A stretch of 64,000 nt of DNA from Monocercomonoides exilis PA203 (taxonomy: Eukaryota; Protista; Preaxostyla), in the NCBI GenBank assembly GCA_001643675.2, contig LSRY02000007.1, positions 1,364,001 through 1,428,000 on the forward strand, read 5' to 3'. A program made the position numbers and the translations under genes. Positions 25,301 through 35,628 of this stretch are shown piece after piece; within the stretch, counting starts at the first letter, position 1; every line of letters starts with the position of its first letter. The notes beneath the pieces were generated by a model. That model was given only the letters and a program-made list of their open reading frames with translations, searched no databases and was not told where the DNA came from.

Positions 25301-25828
25301 ATTATGACAAATTATTCAAGCGGAGGGAAAGTGTCAACTGAGTTAATGGAAATGGCAATGACAGATGGGCTGCACAGCAGCAGCGAATATGCAATATCTG
25401 CGAATTTTCCGAAGGTGTTTGGCGAGCAATTGAGCTGGGCAGACGTTTATGTTACGCTGAAGTTTTCAAACGAACACGCATTGAAAGCAGGTGCAATGAC
25501 GTTTCCGTTGTGCTTGACGGAAAGAAAAGAGCCAGACAAGATCGATGAAACGACAACGATAATCATTATTGTTGTGGCAGCTGTGGTGGTTGGTGTTGGG
25601 TTTATTGTGATATTGCTATTTGTTCGAAGACGATGGAAGAAGAAGATGCTTCTAGCCGAAAATGAAGAAAGACAGGACTTGCTGGGCTCGATAAACGCAG
25701 ATCTTTCTGGGATGAAATCAAAGGGAAAAGAGAACACGATGCGTTCGAGCAATACTTATGACTATGGAACTTACGATAAATCGATTGATGTTCCATCAGA
25801 TATGCAGGAGCCATTTCTTGAGGATTAA
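19367..25828 (+). CDS. ~2,150-aa type I membrane surface protein with GGA(I/V)-type beta-helix (Pmp/pectin-lyase-like) repeats and 3 CGxxxxPC modules; short cytoplasmic tail
   Basis: Uninterrupted ORF with GGAIY/GGGVY motifs; CGSSAQTPCQT, CGTKTLPCRT and CGKKDRPCCS; TM IIIIVVAAVVVGVGFIVILLFV followed by RRRWKKK. The true start is uncertain (see findings). Confidence 0.85.
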   Translation: MQAVLCMKYDYFYFTLKCAIYMITIKPLSCTGLESESSELNIFQNYQNDISRQSTLFGFDETEKYELCHAQQFHKSNHAKENLLGYLDGQDMDEMAYIQTKIRAINSTASVERACIITEREDATFLQDGFSNVSVVNCIIFMREHQLDYSFAKTGSFLQFMNISLVSRMEYIEIDSFVSLKSDFSTSFPSATVLMLSSSFSSILISSTFFASSIIGSTFELHDSTFFNISGKQNVNNREQGLFSYSSEIFSCTFDHTSGVYDDVIFPSISSHLPSFYNYNSSHVSCTRWTSKHYTNETLKRVVLDPSDDKEFVFDSCSWKGINGDDSGQCIFIEVQIPDIITVTVKGCCFEDCLSYEGSGGAIYATGNVAVTLENTSFREIKSEGSNKKTGSSSGAVHVISTHKPIIKQCFFLFCYSFGDACAVYEHKTTEKHQSKPDFFGSHFLDHQKDNLKDDVERAYSSYCEDSRKEVRWNEESNGKFREIEPLCIQCIFLKCLSLGNGGGVYLKDVSDSPLISECTFSGCKANYGGAIYVDIAGTHLLGVNKLFIKEPLYCVINCYFAVNTADKPGYDAFIVSETDYDDGLKFFSLCKISRRDEKDVAQKKYSKPDKIFFLTKSFEVAKRAIVLDSTAQFNAACGSSAQTPCQTINQAMEHVSQKESVKFSIPSDARTYVYCKCSIKGVETEIDGNGEGAIVVNVKGSMDPDNFVFSISGSTFSMQNLIILYPKMESYPYRAIFYTPLKESPATVLLDHVIFKCDSGSESTSNINYQSKFYEIGSISNGLDFFDFFYISNFSTITITDCDFSNVPNGTLRSVIREFCYPKLTVINSTFRNISTYFQFSAFVKTELYHQSSVALRNISANLIKTDTDAGGFLTIILSEHSSLVIANSSFESCTAIDYAGALELTVEKGGSLILDQLTFMDNHAEEFCDIAFKTNSLPDVNIQAIFVFVDEATDGSQIGCFDDLNYRNGISVTELLKIYTNRTIYISSSRGTDFTRCGTKTLPCRTFDYGMKHLDAPSTMVVIDLVYLTLPQILGESEVRSSSEMGIMGKVEVNYKYSDSWSHIISLDDSVTVTYINLVLCPMTENTIEAVYVTKGTSVWRDVTVSFTPMKEEESINYKLFFIGGGGITFNNMKIIGENTLILDNIFSLGPYAELLQLKDSTIEKVRTKFCSISVSATNIGGAMEIGEQQRQNVLISNFSNLMNNYLTDSQGFVENGTENLSEGRLLQCKGSMQQKLEINSSLFSWFTCTDGNDPCGGCVCWREKNRDESFYSTAVEDEEDENSELLFKNCTFSYNRIVPDVYFDKTKGGAIYLEFHSQAFPFIFQEVSVFKNQADEGIDIFFRCPSFNNMDEAEKFGIDFQHPFWVEQNSIAAQSSEDGKIVDYLVFATYRNPVIYVCQKEYQMKKHEDDISSSFSSFSSSSSYSSDYSSKCSNRDFFEQTGGWDIFFCGKKDRPCCSVNYALTHLESSSAEFEASTTSSIPQEEHRFYYHNSDTVQSASINGDEDEQLTLRVIGEPAVYNFITWDSLFVEGETDNAGLRFVFSWTKENENESFRKLSEKREANEEDDPFVTIKGMCAIKGTDLKVSDDIGSAYLFLVSEESSLTVKKCTITSVKQLATIPTVFKIVSGTLSCDAMCLTEVLFYGNAFFIDCLGIEDESKVNVQLKNCTLKNITVYDHKSLIVFSVKQKSSGVNNESQYISESSSFSSSASSSNLNQIPRTNFSSSSLSPNISQRAAHSSIPLRVPLQFISSNISLNSHNPENGLFLAASGCSCVEIEDCSFLFVEAQTLTKNALKEHADNICVWNTSFLCFVSCSAYVRNTRFRTKLVGAVYTEDSYLSIDVQSLKGNSVGLTDFPSVAHNVVCKSEESKKEEGKGVIELVNNAGSSTNSEFSSKSGKNRRLNINNRINEESNEEFPNNFWIENKNCSLIGFPGDLMSSLFTPLPENVSKAKNGEEVEVTMTGKCLLNCYLIMRIMTNYSSGGKVSTELMEMAMTDGLHSSSEYAISANFPKVFGEQLSWADVYVTLKFSNEHALKAGAMTFPLCLTERKEPDKIDETTTIIIIVVAAVVVGVGFIVILLFVRRRWKKKMLLAENEERQDLLGSINADLSGMKSKGKENTMRSSNTYDYGTYDKSIDVPSDMQEPFLED

Positions 25829-26716
25829 AAACGAATTGTGATCACTTTTATTTTTATTTATTTTTTTTAATTATCTTTTTTTTTTAAAAAAAAATGCATG
25901 ATTTTCTTAATTTCTTTATGTATTTTTGTATTGATGTGCAATTTACAATGTTTCTGCTTTGAATATGCGCCAATTATGTAAAGTTAAACAGTTATGTTTA
26001 TGCTATTGAGTATTTTTGAAGGAGTATGTATGTTTTGCATTGTTGCTTGCCTGTATCTGACTGAAATGCAGTTTATTTTAATTTTTAATTTGTTGTTTCT
26101 GTGATATTTTCTTATAATTTTTGTCTTATAACATGAAGCTACTTTAAAAACATGCTGATATTTGTTGGCAATGCATTTTCCATTAAAGAAGATTTACTCA
26201 GTATGAAAGATTTTTGTGATTTCGTTGATATCACACTAATTGAAGCAAAAAGCACTTCGCAAAAGACGAATGTTTTTTCCTTTTATATCCATTTTATTTC
26301 ACTTTCAAATTTATAACTTGAAACATTGTGAATAGGAAAATTTTGTGAGCCAAATGAAAACATATATTCATCCAAAGAAAGAAGGATAGAAAAGAAAAGA
26401 AATCCATAAAAAGAAAATTTTCAAAACAATTTAGCAGACATAAGTTTTGGTAATGAATCAGAATAATATCTCTTTGAAATGGAATATATATTTAATTGAA
26501 GTTAAAAAAAAATCTTTCATTCTTTTTTTTCTTTTTTTTGTTTTGGATGTTTTCATTTTCAAAAACGATTTGTTGTAGTGAAATTTTTTATTTCATTAAA
26601 AGGTCAAATATTGGATAAAAAAAGAAAATTCTTCATTATTTCAAATAAAGGTAACATCATGATCATTGAATCTTTATTTTAATTTTCCTGAGGTAATTGA
26701 ACGTTTGTGAAAGTTC

Positions 26717-29700
26717 ATGAATACATACGTTCATGCAGATATATTTTGCAACAAATGCCATCAACAAATTGTTGGAGTTCGGTTTAAATGTATGAATTGT
26801 CCTGACTACGATCTTTGTGCCAATTGTCGCAGCTCTTACAGTTTATTTCATGATCCCTCACACTCTTTTTCTGCCATAATACCTCAAGTTGTAAAAAATT
26901 TTGATCAATCTTTCGAAATTTCTTCAATGGAAACGCTTCATAATCAACAAACTTTACATTCACAGCAACATGTTTTTCAAACACTCCCCCCTCCGCCACC
27001 GCCACCGAAAACTTTTTCACAAACAACAGCTATTCCTTTTACGAGTCTTCCACCTCATCCTCAACAGCCACCTCAGAACCTTCCACCAATTCCAACAAGA
27101 TGGAGTCATATCAATATTCTTCCGACCTCGCATATTGATCAATCAGTTTTGTCGACTTTCGGCTCTGCACATGAAAGTGCAACTATTGTTGAAAAAGAAA
27201 ATTTCATTCGTCCAGCTTCACCATATTTACAGTCTTCACTTTTAGAAACACCTCCAATTCAAAATATACCATTACAAAGAACTGCTTCTCCAAATCAAAT
27301 AAAAATTTCTCCACCTCCTTCATCGCCACCGTTTATTCCGCAAAGCATACTTGCGCTATGCTCAATTGCACCTCGATTATCGCAGTGGATGATAAGCGTT
27401 TATCCATCTTTTCCATTTTTGCATTTAGCGTTGCCATACTTTTTTTGCTACATGGTTCAGAAAGACGATGTACTGATTGTGGAGGAGTTGATTCAATGTG
27501 TTCCACCGTACATGTGCATTGCAGCTCTGCAAGAGGTGCAGATAATACCAGATGACGAAGAGTTGTTTTCGCTGGTGGACGAGTTTAACTCTGTTCTGTG
27601 CAATGCCATTCTGGGAATTGAAGACGAAGTACAAGAGCCGCAAAGTTTGGGGCAAGTTTCCGGAGAAGAGATTAAGTTATATGAAGAAGAAGAAGAAGAA
27701 GAGAAAGACGGCAAGGACTCAAGTGAAGAAGATAGCTCCTCTGAATCAGCTGAAGAAAACAGCGAGTCAGAGAGTGGGAAGAGTTTGAGTGGAGAAGAAG
27801 GAAAAGGAGAGCAAAGCGATGAAAGCGATGAAAGTGATGAAAGCGAAGGAGAAGATGAGGAGGATGACGAGGAAGGGGAAGATGACAATATCGGCTTTAA
27901 TCTGCAAGATGCAGGAAATAATGATATATATGAAGGAAAAGCATCCGATAACATCATTGAAGCAAGTGAACGAAGACTTAACCAAAAGCGTCTGAAGCAA
28001 GCAGAAAGACGAGAGAAGCGGAGGCAGAGCCGTGTGTCGCATTCACTGAGGCGCCGGCGCCATCGAAGCAGAAGCGAATGGACAGAAGCAGAGAAGGAGA
28101 TGTTAGCAAACACTCCGCCTGCAGGAGCAATAGATCACAAGATGAAAGGAAAGCGTGCGAAAAATGAAGAAAATCGTTCTGAGAAAGGATTTGATGGAGG
28201 AGAAGATTCGAATTTACGTCCTTCACGCAATCATCAACATCATCAACAACATCAACAATCACATCAAAATCAACATAAACCCGAACTATATTCATCTGAG
28301 CATTTTGAATCGCCCAGCGATCCTCTTCAAAGCGAGGCTAAATCAGTCCACTCTTCCCTCCGCTCATATTTTCCCTCTGAGCGCCATTCATTCAGCAGCA
28401 GCATTCTTTCTCTGCTGAAGAAGAACCCACTTTCTCCTTCTTTTCTGCCGGCAAGCTTGTCTAATTACGACCCAGAGATCATTTCGGAGTTTGCGACGGC
28501 CGCGCCGCTACCTCCTGTGACGGCAGATGTGCTGGATAAACAGAGGAGAGAAGGGCAAATGAAGGAGGAAGGGAAAGAGGAGGGGAAAGAGCAAGGGAAA
28601 GAGGAAGGGAAAGAGGAGGAGGAGGAGAAGGGAGAAAAAGATGATGATGATATTGTTGTTGATTGTGATGATTATGAAGGAAGAATTAAGGTGGAGGGAA
28701 AGAATAAAGAAGACTTTAGAAACGCTATCACAACTAATAGTACATCAGTACCTTTCAACATTCATTCACCAGTTTCACAATTTTCTTCTTCCTCTTCCTC
28801 TTCCTCTTCCTCTTCAACTTGTTTTTCTTCCCCCTTCGAGGTAGATGTATCTCCTCTGATTGTCACTTCTCCTCTGCCTTCTGTTGCCTCTCCGCCTAAT
28901 TCTGCAGACAGAAAGCCTACATTAGCATTCACTTTGACTACAACTCCTGCTTCTTCTATGTATCGTGCTTCAAGTTCATCATCATCATCATCTTCTTCTT
29001 CTTCTTCTTCTTCATTGCCTCCTCCACCTCCTTCACTTCTTACCACATCCATCGGCAGTTTATCCAACACTTCATCTTCAACTTTTTCAAATGATAATTC
29101 ATCGTCTTCTTCTTCTTCTTCTTCTTCTTCCTCTTCCTCCTCCTCCTCCTCCTCCTCCTCCCTCACCCCATCTCGACCCTCTTCTCGCCCTTCCTCCCGC
29201 CCTTCCTCCCCCTCCTCCTCCTCTTTCTCCTCCAAGCTCTCCGTTGCCTCTCTCCACACCCGTTCTCAGCAGCTGCCTCTGCCTCTGCTGAAAGAGGCGG
29301 TTGCTTCACTGGAGGCATCGTCTCCTCTGACAGCAGAGTCAGATGAATACATTCGCAGTGTGTGGTGGGTGGTGCGGGCATTTATGGAGCAGAAGTTTGG
29401 GAAGGTGATTGAGAATATGAAGGAGAAGGAGAAGGAGAAAGAGAAAGAGAAGGAGAAGGAGAAAGAAAAGGAGAAAGAAAAGGAGAAAGAAAAAGATAGA
29501 GAGAGAGACAGAGATAGAGGGAAACAGAATGGGATGGGGAATAATGGAAGTGGGAGTGGTATGAATAGCATGAATGTAGCTGGAGGGATGAGAGGAGAAA
29601 GAGGAGAAAGAGGAGAAAGAGGAAGAGGGAAAGAAGAAAACGAATCAGAGGAAGAAAATGAAAGGCAACATTTTGAAAGAACAGGAAGGGCGAATGAAGG

Positions 29701-31231
29701 CAAAAAAACGAAGAACCGGAAAAGGAAGAATTTAAGTGAGAATAGGAAATCTTCTATGGCGAATCGTAGCCCTTCACATATTCCGCCTTCTTCATCTTCT
29801 TCATTCACCCCTTCTTCCTCTTCCTTTACTGCTGCTGCTCCTCCTCCTGCTTCTTCCTCCTCCTACTCTATGCATTCATTTCCTCCTTCTTCAAATTATT
29901 CATCAAATTCTTCTTCTTTTAATTCTTCTTCTTCCTCTTCCTCATCTTCTTCCTCTTCTTCCTTCTCCTCTTCTTCTTCTTCATTTCATCCAAATCCTTT
30001 TCCTCCAACCACCACATCACTATTTCCTGTGTCCGTCTCATACAACAACTCATCTTCCCTCTTCCCAAACGCTTTTCCTTCTTCTTCTTCCTCTTCTTCT
30101 TCTTCCTCTTCTTCTTCTTCCTCTTCTTATTCAAATTCTTCTTTTTCAGACAACTTTTCATATCAAAATTTCAATTCATGTTATAAAAAACCATCATATC
30201 AACAAGCGTTTTCTCCTTCTTTCACTTCAAATTCTTCATTTTCTTCTTCTTCAAATTTTTCTTCAAAATCTTCTTTTTCAATGAATTCTTCTTCTTCTTC
30301 TTCTTCTTCTTCTTCTTCTTCTTCTTCTTCTTCTTCTTCTTCTCATCCCTCCTCTTCTGTCTTTCAATCCGACGCTTTGCCATCTACACCAGACATTTCA
30401 TATGCTTCTTTATGCGATAAAACCACTTCATTGTCCACTTATCCATATCATCAGAACATTTTGTCTTCAGCAAATACATTTCAAAATTCTTCATTTCCTC
30501 CTTTTTCTTCCTCTTCCTCTTCTTCTTCCTCTTTTTCTCCTTCTTCCCCTTGTTCTTCTTCTTCTTCCTCTTCTTCTATTTTTTCTCCATCTTCTTCTTC
30601 CTCTGATACCCACTCCATCACTTCAAACTCCTCCCCTTCTTCTCTTTCTCTTTCTCTTGTCTCTCCATCTCCAACCAATGCAAGTCTTTCCTCTTTCCTT
30701 CCTTCAAACGCTCTTTCGCCTTCTCCTTCTCCTTCGCTTTCTCTTTCTCTTTCTCTCCCGGATTCTCTTTCTTCTCCGCTTTCTTTTCCGTTACGTCCTC
30801 TTTCGTCTTCTTCGACATTATCTTCATCATCATCATCATCTTCTTCTTCTTCTTCTTCTTCCATCGCTTACTCCACCTCCTCCTCTTCTTCTTCAGTAAA
30901 TTTTGCTCTTTCTCCTCAAAACTCCTCTTCTTCTGTGATAAGCACAGCAACATCTCCTTCTCTGCTTCCATTAGACCCTTCACGCAATGTGCAGTCAACA
31001 AAATACTCTCCTTCTGCATCATCATTGCATTTATCTTCAACGTCACCTTGTCATTCTTCTTCTTCTTTTCCTTCTTCTGTTCCTTCTTCTTCTTCTTCTT
31101 CTAACACATCTTCTTTATTTCCTCCTCTTCCTCCTTCTTCCTCTTCCTCTTCATCTTCCTCCTTCTCTTCCTCTTCTCTTCCTCCTCCTTATTCTTCGTC
31201 TTCTTTGCCTCCTTATCCGCCTTCTGTGTAA
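26717..31231 (+). CDS. ZZ-type zinc-finger protein (1,504 aa), otherwise Pro-rich, acidic, basic and poly-Ser
   Basis: N-terminal HADIFCNKCHQQIVGVRFKCMNCPDYDLCANC...HDPSHSF matches the ZZ consensus. ATG start, single ORF. Confidence 0.85.
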   Translation: MNTYVHADIFCNKCHQQIVGVRFKCMNCPDYDLCANCRSSYSLFHDPSHSFSAIIPQVVKNFDQSFEISSMETLHNQQTLHSQQHVFQTLPPPPPPPKTFSQTTAIPFTSLPPHPQQPPQNLPPIPTRWSHINILPTSHIDQSVLSTFGSAHESATIVEKENFIRPASPYLQSSLLETPPIQNIPLQRTASPNQIKISPPPSSPPFIPQSILALCSIAPRLSQWMISVYPSFPFLHLALPYFFCYMVQKDDVLIVEELIQCVPPYMCIAALQEVQIIPDDEELFSLVDEFNSVLCNAILGIEDEVQEPQSLGQVSGEEIKLYEEEEEEEKDGKDSSEEDSSSESAEENSESESGKSLSGEEGKGEQSDESDESDESEGEDEEDDEEGEDDNIGFNLQDAGNNDIYEGKASDNIIEASERRLNQKRLKQAERREKRRQSRVSHSLRRRRHRSRSEWTEAEKEMLANTPPAGAIDHKMKGKRAKNEENRSEKGFDGGEDSNLRPSRNHQHHQQHQQSHQNQHKPELYSSEHFESPSDPLQSEAKSVHSSLRSYFPSERHSFSSSILSLLKKNPLSPSFLPASLSNYDPEIISEFATAAPLPPVTADVLDKQRREGQMKEEGKEEGKEQGKEEGKEEEEEKGEKDDDDIVVDCDDYEGRIKVEGKNKEDFRNAITTNSTSVPFNIHSPVSQFSSSSSSSSSSSTCFSSPFEVDVSPLIVTSPLPSVASPPNSADRKPTLAFTLTTTPASSMYRASSSSSSSSSSSSSSSLPPPPPSLLTTSIGSLSNTSSSTFSNDNSSSSSSSSSSSSSSSSSSSSSLTPSRPSSRPSSRPSSPSSSSFSSKLSVASLHTRSQQLPLPLLKEAVASLEASSPLTAESDEYIRSVWWVVRAFMEQKFGKVIENMKEKEKEKEKEKEKEKEKEKEKEKEKDRERDRDRGKQNGMGNNGSGSGMNSMNVAGGMRGERGERGERGRGKEENESEEENERQHFERTGRANEGKKTKNRKRKNLSENRKSSMANRSPSHIPPSSSSSFTPSSSSFTAAAPPPASSSSYSMHSFPPSSNYSSNSSSFNSSSSSSSSSSSSSFSSSSSSFHPNPFPPTTTSLFPVSVSYNNSSSLFPNAFPSSSSSSSSSSSSSSSSYSNSSFSDNFSYQNFNSCYKKPSYQQAFSPSFTSNSSFSSSSNFSSKSSFSMNSSSSSSSSSSSSSSSSSSSHPSSSVFQSDALPSTPDISYASLCDKTTSLSTYPYHQNILSSANTFQNSSFPPFSSSSSSSSSFSPSSPCSSSSSSSSIFSPSSSSSDTHSITSNSSPSSLSLSLVSPSPTNASLSSFLPSNALSPSPSPSLSLSLSLPDSLSSPLSFPLRPLSSSSTLSSSSSSSSSSSSSSIAYSTSSSSSSVNFALSPQNSSSSVISTATSPSLLPLDPSRNVQSTKYSPSASSLHLSSTSPCHSSSSFPSSVPSSSSSSNTSSLFPPLPPSSSSSSSSSFSSSSLPPPYSSSSLPPYPPSV

Positions 31232-32998
31232 TCTTTCAACTTCTCATTTGCAGTGCCTTTCTGACAAGTTGCTCTTTATGAACAATTCATTCAAAACTCT
31301 TCTATATTCTTCAAATAATGCAGAAAGGAAGACTATCAAAAGAAGAAGAAGAAGAAGAAGAAGAAATAGATAAGAAATTGTGTTATGATGAAATATTGAA
31401 TATCAATTTTATTTTATTTTATTTTAACACACAACAAATAAAAAATTAAAATAAATAAATAAATAAAAGATCATCTGAGAAAACGAGGAAATATAGCCAA
31501 AGTCATCCTTTCAACAAGAAATAATAATAAAACTGGCTTTCTCTTTCTTTTAAGTTGATTTAGATGAAGATTTCATTTTGATATAATTGTCGCTTCCAAA
31601 AGATGAGCGATAAGTCTGTAATGTGTATTGTGCAGTTTTGGTTTGTCATTATCGGTGAATTTTTTTTAAAAATCATAATGACTTGCAAAAAGTGTTATAA
31701 AACTTTTAGCATTTTTTTGTTTATTTATTTGCGTTTTATTTTATTTTTATTTTATTTTATTTTATTTTATTTTATTTATTTATTTGTTTGTTTTTCAATT
31801 TTGATATTTATATATAAATGTTCGCTTTCATCCTCTATCAGGAAGACTTTTTTTTTTCGCCTTTCAATCCCATGTAACTCTAAAATAGCTTTTGTTGATG
31901 CTGTTTTAAATGTTAATGTCTCTTGAGACTGTTATTGTTGTTGTTTGTACTTGTGTGACACTTCTCTCCAACTGTCTCCAGCTGTTCAGAAGCGCTGATA
32001 GCGAAATTAATGCTTTTTTTTTGAATGGTTTATAAGGCGAATTCTTCCTGAAAATGAAGCATTTCTTGTGTAATTCATTGATTTCAGAGAGACTTCTTGT
32101 AAAGTTTTACTATTTGATTTTTTAATAAAGATATAGAAGTTGATTTGACAAGTCTGTGCTTATTTCAAAGAAATGGTAAATTGTTGGTTTTCAACTTAAA
32201 AAATTTATTCATTGCATTTTTCATTATCCTGCTTAATATTGTTTCTGCCATTTTGTGGGAAAATTGAATTTGGTGATTGTTGCATTTTGTTGTATTTATA
32301 AAGTTTATTTTCTTTTCTTTATTTTTTTCTGGAGGAAATTTGAATTTTTGATTTGCTCATATTTTTATTCCAAGAGAGTGAAAAGAAAAAGAAAAAGAAA
32401 GTTTGCTGCATTCATTGTTTGATGAAGAATTTAGTATGAAACCGAAGCTATTAAAAGCTTCTGTTTTTTGTTTTTCAAAAGACAGTTTGACATTTGAAGG
32501 GGGAAAAAATTTCTTAAATCAGCTTTGCACAAAAGCAATGAGACTGTTAATTGATTGAATTATTGAAAACAAAGTCCGTTCGCCTTGGGCGCATTCGTGT
32601 TTTTGATCTTTAAGAAGCAAACAAATATTTCGAAAAAGCACAATGTGATATAAACTATTTCAAATGATATGCTCATCATTAATTCAACAAAATTTTCTTC
32701 TTCAGCATGCTTTTTCTCAAAAATAGTTTGCAAACAAAAAGGAATCAAAAAAGCAAATAATCCATTCTATTTCGCTTTCCAACTTTTCATCATAAAGCTT
32801 CCAAATTTCCGAAGTTATTCATAAACTTTCTGTTGATAATACTTATTTTTGGATGACAGCCAAAAGAATTAGAAACGTTCGTTTGAACTCTCTGTACGCA
32901 GGAACGCACTGGACATAATTTTTTTTCAAGTTTTCTTTGAAATAAATCTTATTTTCAACTAATTTCAAAATCCTTTTCACAATTGCAAGAAATGCTAT

Positions 32999-33898
32999 TC
33001 ATTCGGAATTTTGCTTGTTCTTTTGAGCCTCAACTTCTTCTGGCATGTTTTCATCGCTCATCCACAGCGACAAATTATCTCTAAGAAGTTGCAATATAAG
33101 AGTTGCATCTTTGTAGCTATCTTCTGCCATCTCATCCACATGGTCCATTCCATCTTCAAAAGCAGCTCTTGCACACTGAATTGCCTTTGCTGGTGCATTC
33201 ATGATTTCATATAAAAAGACAGCGTAATTCAAAAAAATACTGAGGCGGATCGGCATTGTTGGATTCAGTGACTTCGTAGCTTCGTCTATTCCTGCGCTGT
33301 AAGCATTCAATGCCTTTTCGGCTGATTCTTTTCGTTCAACGCCATTCTGGCATTCACATTTATACCTCAAATAATCTCCTTTCCTATATCATAGTTAAGT
33401 GAGCAATAGAAAAATCAAAAGCAATATCTTCAATGTTTTTAATTTTTTGTTTTACTGAACAAACATTTTTAAGAAAAACACTTTTGATTCACACGATACG
33501 CAAAATGGAAGAAGAGAAACGTCTAGCAATGTTATAACTTTTTCGCAAACTTCAGTTATTTCTCGTTGGATATCTTTCCGAAATTGTCTTGCAATTTTTA
33601 AGAATGGTGATTTTCCTTTTTGTTCTTCTTTGGCTTCAATTGCTGCTGCAACGCGCCATGAAGCCCTCTTAGTACCAATAATATTTTTATATGCAACAGA
33701 GAGGAGTTTTCTTTCTTCATCTATCAATTCAGTTTTTGATTCTGCAACCGATGTCATCGTATCAGCCATTTCTATAAAATATTGGAAAGTAATTCAAAAT
33801 TCAAAATATGTCAAAGCAGAAAAACCTTGATAACGCTCTGACATTTCATATAAATTAGCCATATATATAGCATCTTCTCTTTCGGAAATTCCAGCCAT
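32999..33898 (-). CDS. 14-3-3: 14-3-3 protein (254 aa)
   Basis: Exons 33898-33826, 33771-33465 and 33383-32999. Motifs: ERY, LLSVAYKNIIGTKRASWR, KMKGDYLRY, PIRL...LN, SYKDATLILQLLRDNLSLW. Confidence 0.96.
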
Positions 33899-34086
33899 CA
33901 AGAAAGTTGAAATTTTTGTTCGCCTTTTTATTTATGGGTTTTCATACAAAAAATGAAAAAAAAAACGTGTTTTCATAGTGTCAATTGCAAGAAAAATAAA
34001 ATAAATTTGTGAATGATAAAAATTATTCATTTTATTGTTTATTGTGGGCCTCAATGAATATTATTTTTTTGTTTTGAAAAATAAAA
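33899..34086. promoter_or_regulatory. 188-bp divergent (probable bidirectional) promoter region between 14-3-3 and endonuclease V
   Basis: Head-to-head ATGs at 33898 (-) and 34087 (+). Inferred from position only. Confidence 0.55.
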
Positions 34087-35432
34087 ATGAGTTTAATACA
34101 TGAAAGCAAAGAAATGATATTAAAAGAACATGAAGAGTTGATTAAGAAATGGGAATCCATCCAAAAAGAAATTAGCTCGAGAGTTGTTGAATTTGATTCA
34201 TTTAATATTTTTTCAATTCCGGAATCTGGATTAGCACTCCGCGAAATAAATCAAAGCGAACCGCATACATCTAGATCTTCTGAAAGTTTAGTGGAAAATT
34301 CAAGTTCTGAAAAAGCTTCAAGTTCATCTATTCCTTCCTCAGAGGCTGATCATCAAGTTCCTGCTATTCGTTATATTGGTGGAGTTGACGTAAGCTTCTT
34401 CAAGGAAAACGAAGGAAGGGGAATGGCATGCGTTGCTGTACTAGAATTTCCTTCTTTTCGTTTAGTATACGAAAATGTCAAAGAATTTGAATTAACAGTT
34501 CCTTATGTATCTGGCTATCTTGCATTTCGTGAAAAGGATATTCTCGAAAAAATGATTGCAGACATTAAAAATACTCATCCTCAATTTTATCCACAGATCA
34601 TATTTGTTGATGGGAATGGACTACTTCATCCAAGATGTTTGTTTGTAAAATTTGTTTTTGATAACTCATGATTTTTTCAGCTTCAGGACTCGCATGCCAT
34701 ATTGGAGTAGAAACAGATTTACCAACAATCGGTATTGGCAAAACCTTTTTATCAATGGATGGATTGAGATGGAACGAAGAGGAATATAAATCTCAATTTC
34801 AAAAGAAAGGAGATTGGGTTCGTTTAGTCAGATATGGTAAAACAATTGGAGCTGTATGTTGTTTATTATAATTATATATCGTAACTTGGGTCTTTTTTAT
34901 TCATCGTGCAAATCTCTTCAATTAATAGTCCCTTAGAACAAATGATAAAAGTATTCGACCAGTTTTTGTATCAGTTGGACATAAGATATCAATTGAAACA
35001 GCTGTCCGTTTTGTTAATGATTGTTGCATGTTTGCTGTTTCTGGGAAATTTTTATTTTCATTTTTCAACTCCATTATTTGTTCTATTCATAAAAGATATC
35101 GTTTACCAGAACCAATTCGAGCTGCTGATCAGATTGGAAGGGAATTTGTAAGAGTCCAGCAGCAGAAAGAGCATCCTGACAGTGAAAAATCAAAAAAACG
35201 CTCATCAGAAAAAGTAGGAAAGATGGTGTGGGTAGGCAGCGCAGGGGAAAAAGAAGCACGCGAAAAAAAACTAAAAGGATCTTTTTATTACTGGAAACCT
35301 GATAAAAAGGGAGATGAAAAAGAAGGAGATGAAAGCAAGAGTGAAAAGGAAAAAGAAGTTTGTGATAAAGAAATGGAAAATGAAAACGTTGTTTCAACAG
35401 GCTCTTCAAAAGAGGAGAAGAAAGAAGAATAG
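34087..35432 (+). CDS. ENDOV: Endonuclease V (inosine-specific nuclease), 386 aa
   Basis: Exons 34087-34636, 34681-34853, 34929-35029 and 35096-35432. Motifs: IGGVDVSF, PYVSGYLAFRE, IFVDGNGLLHPR, GLACHIG, PTIGIGK, PVFVSVGH, YRLPEPIRAAD. Confidence 0.95.
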
Positions 35433-35628
35433 TGAGACTTTTTAAAATTCCTGAAAATTGAATTTTTTGTTGATAATCATTTGAAATAAAGTGATGCACG
35501 GACATCAGTTTATTTCTTATTTCAACTTTTAATAATTATATGAACTAGATTCAAAAAAAACTTATTTCTATTGAAAATGTAATATTTCATTTTTCAGAAG
35601 GAAAAAGAAAACGAAGAATAAATGTAAT

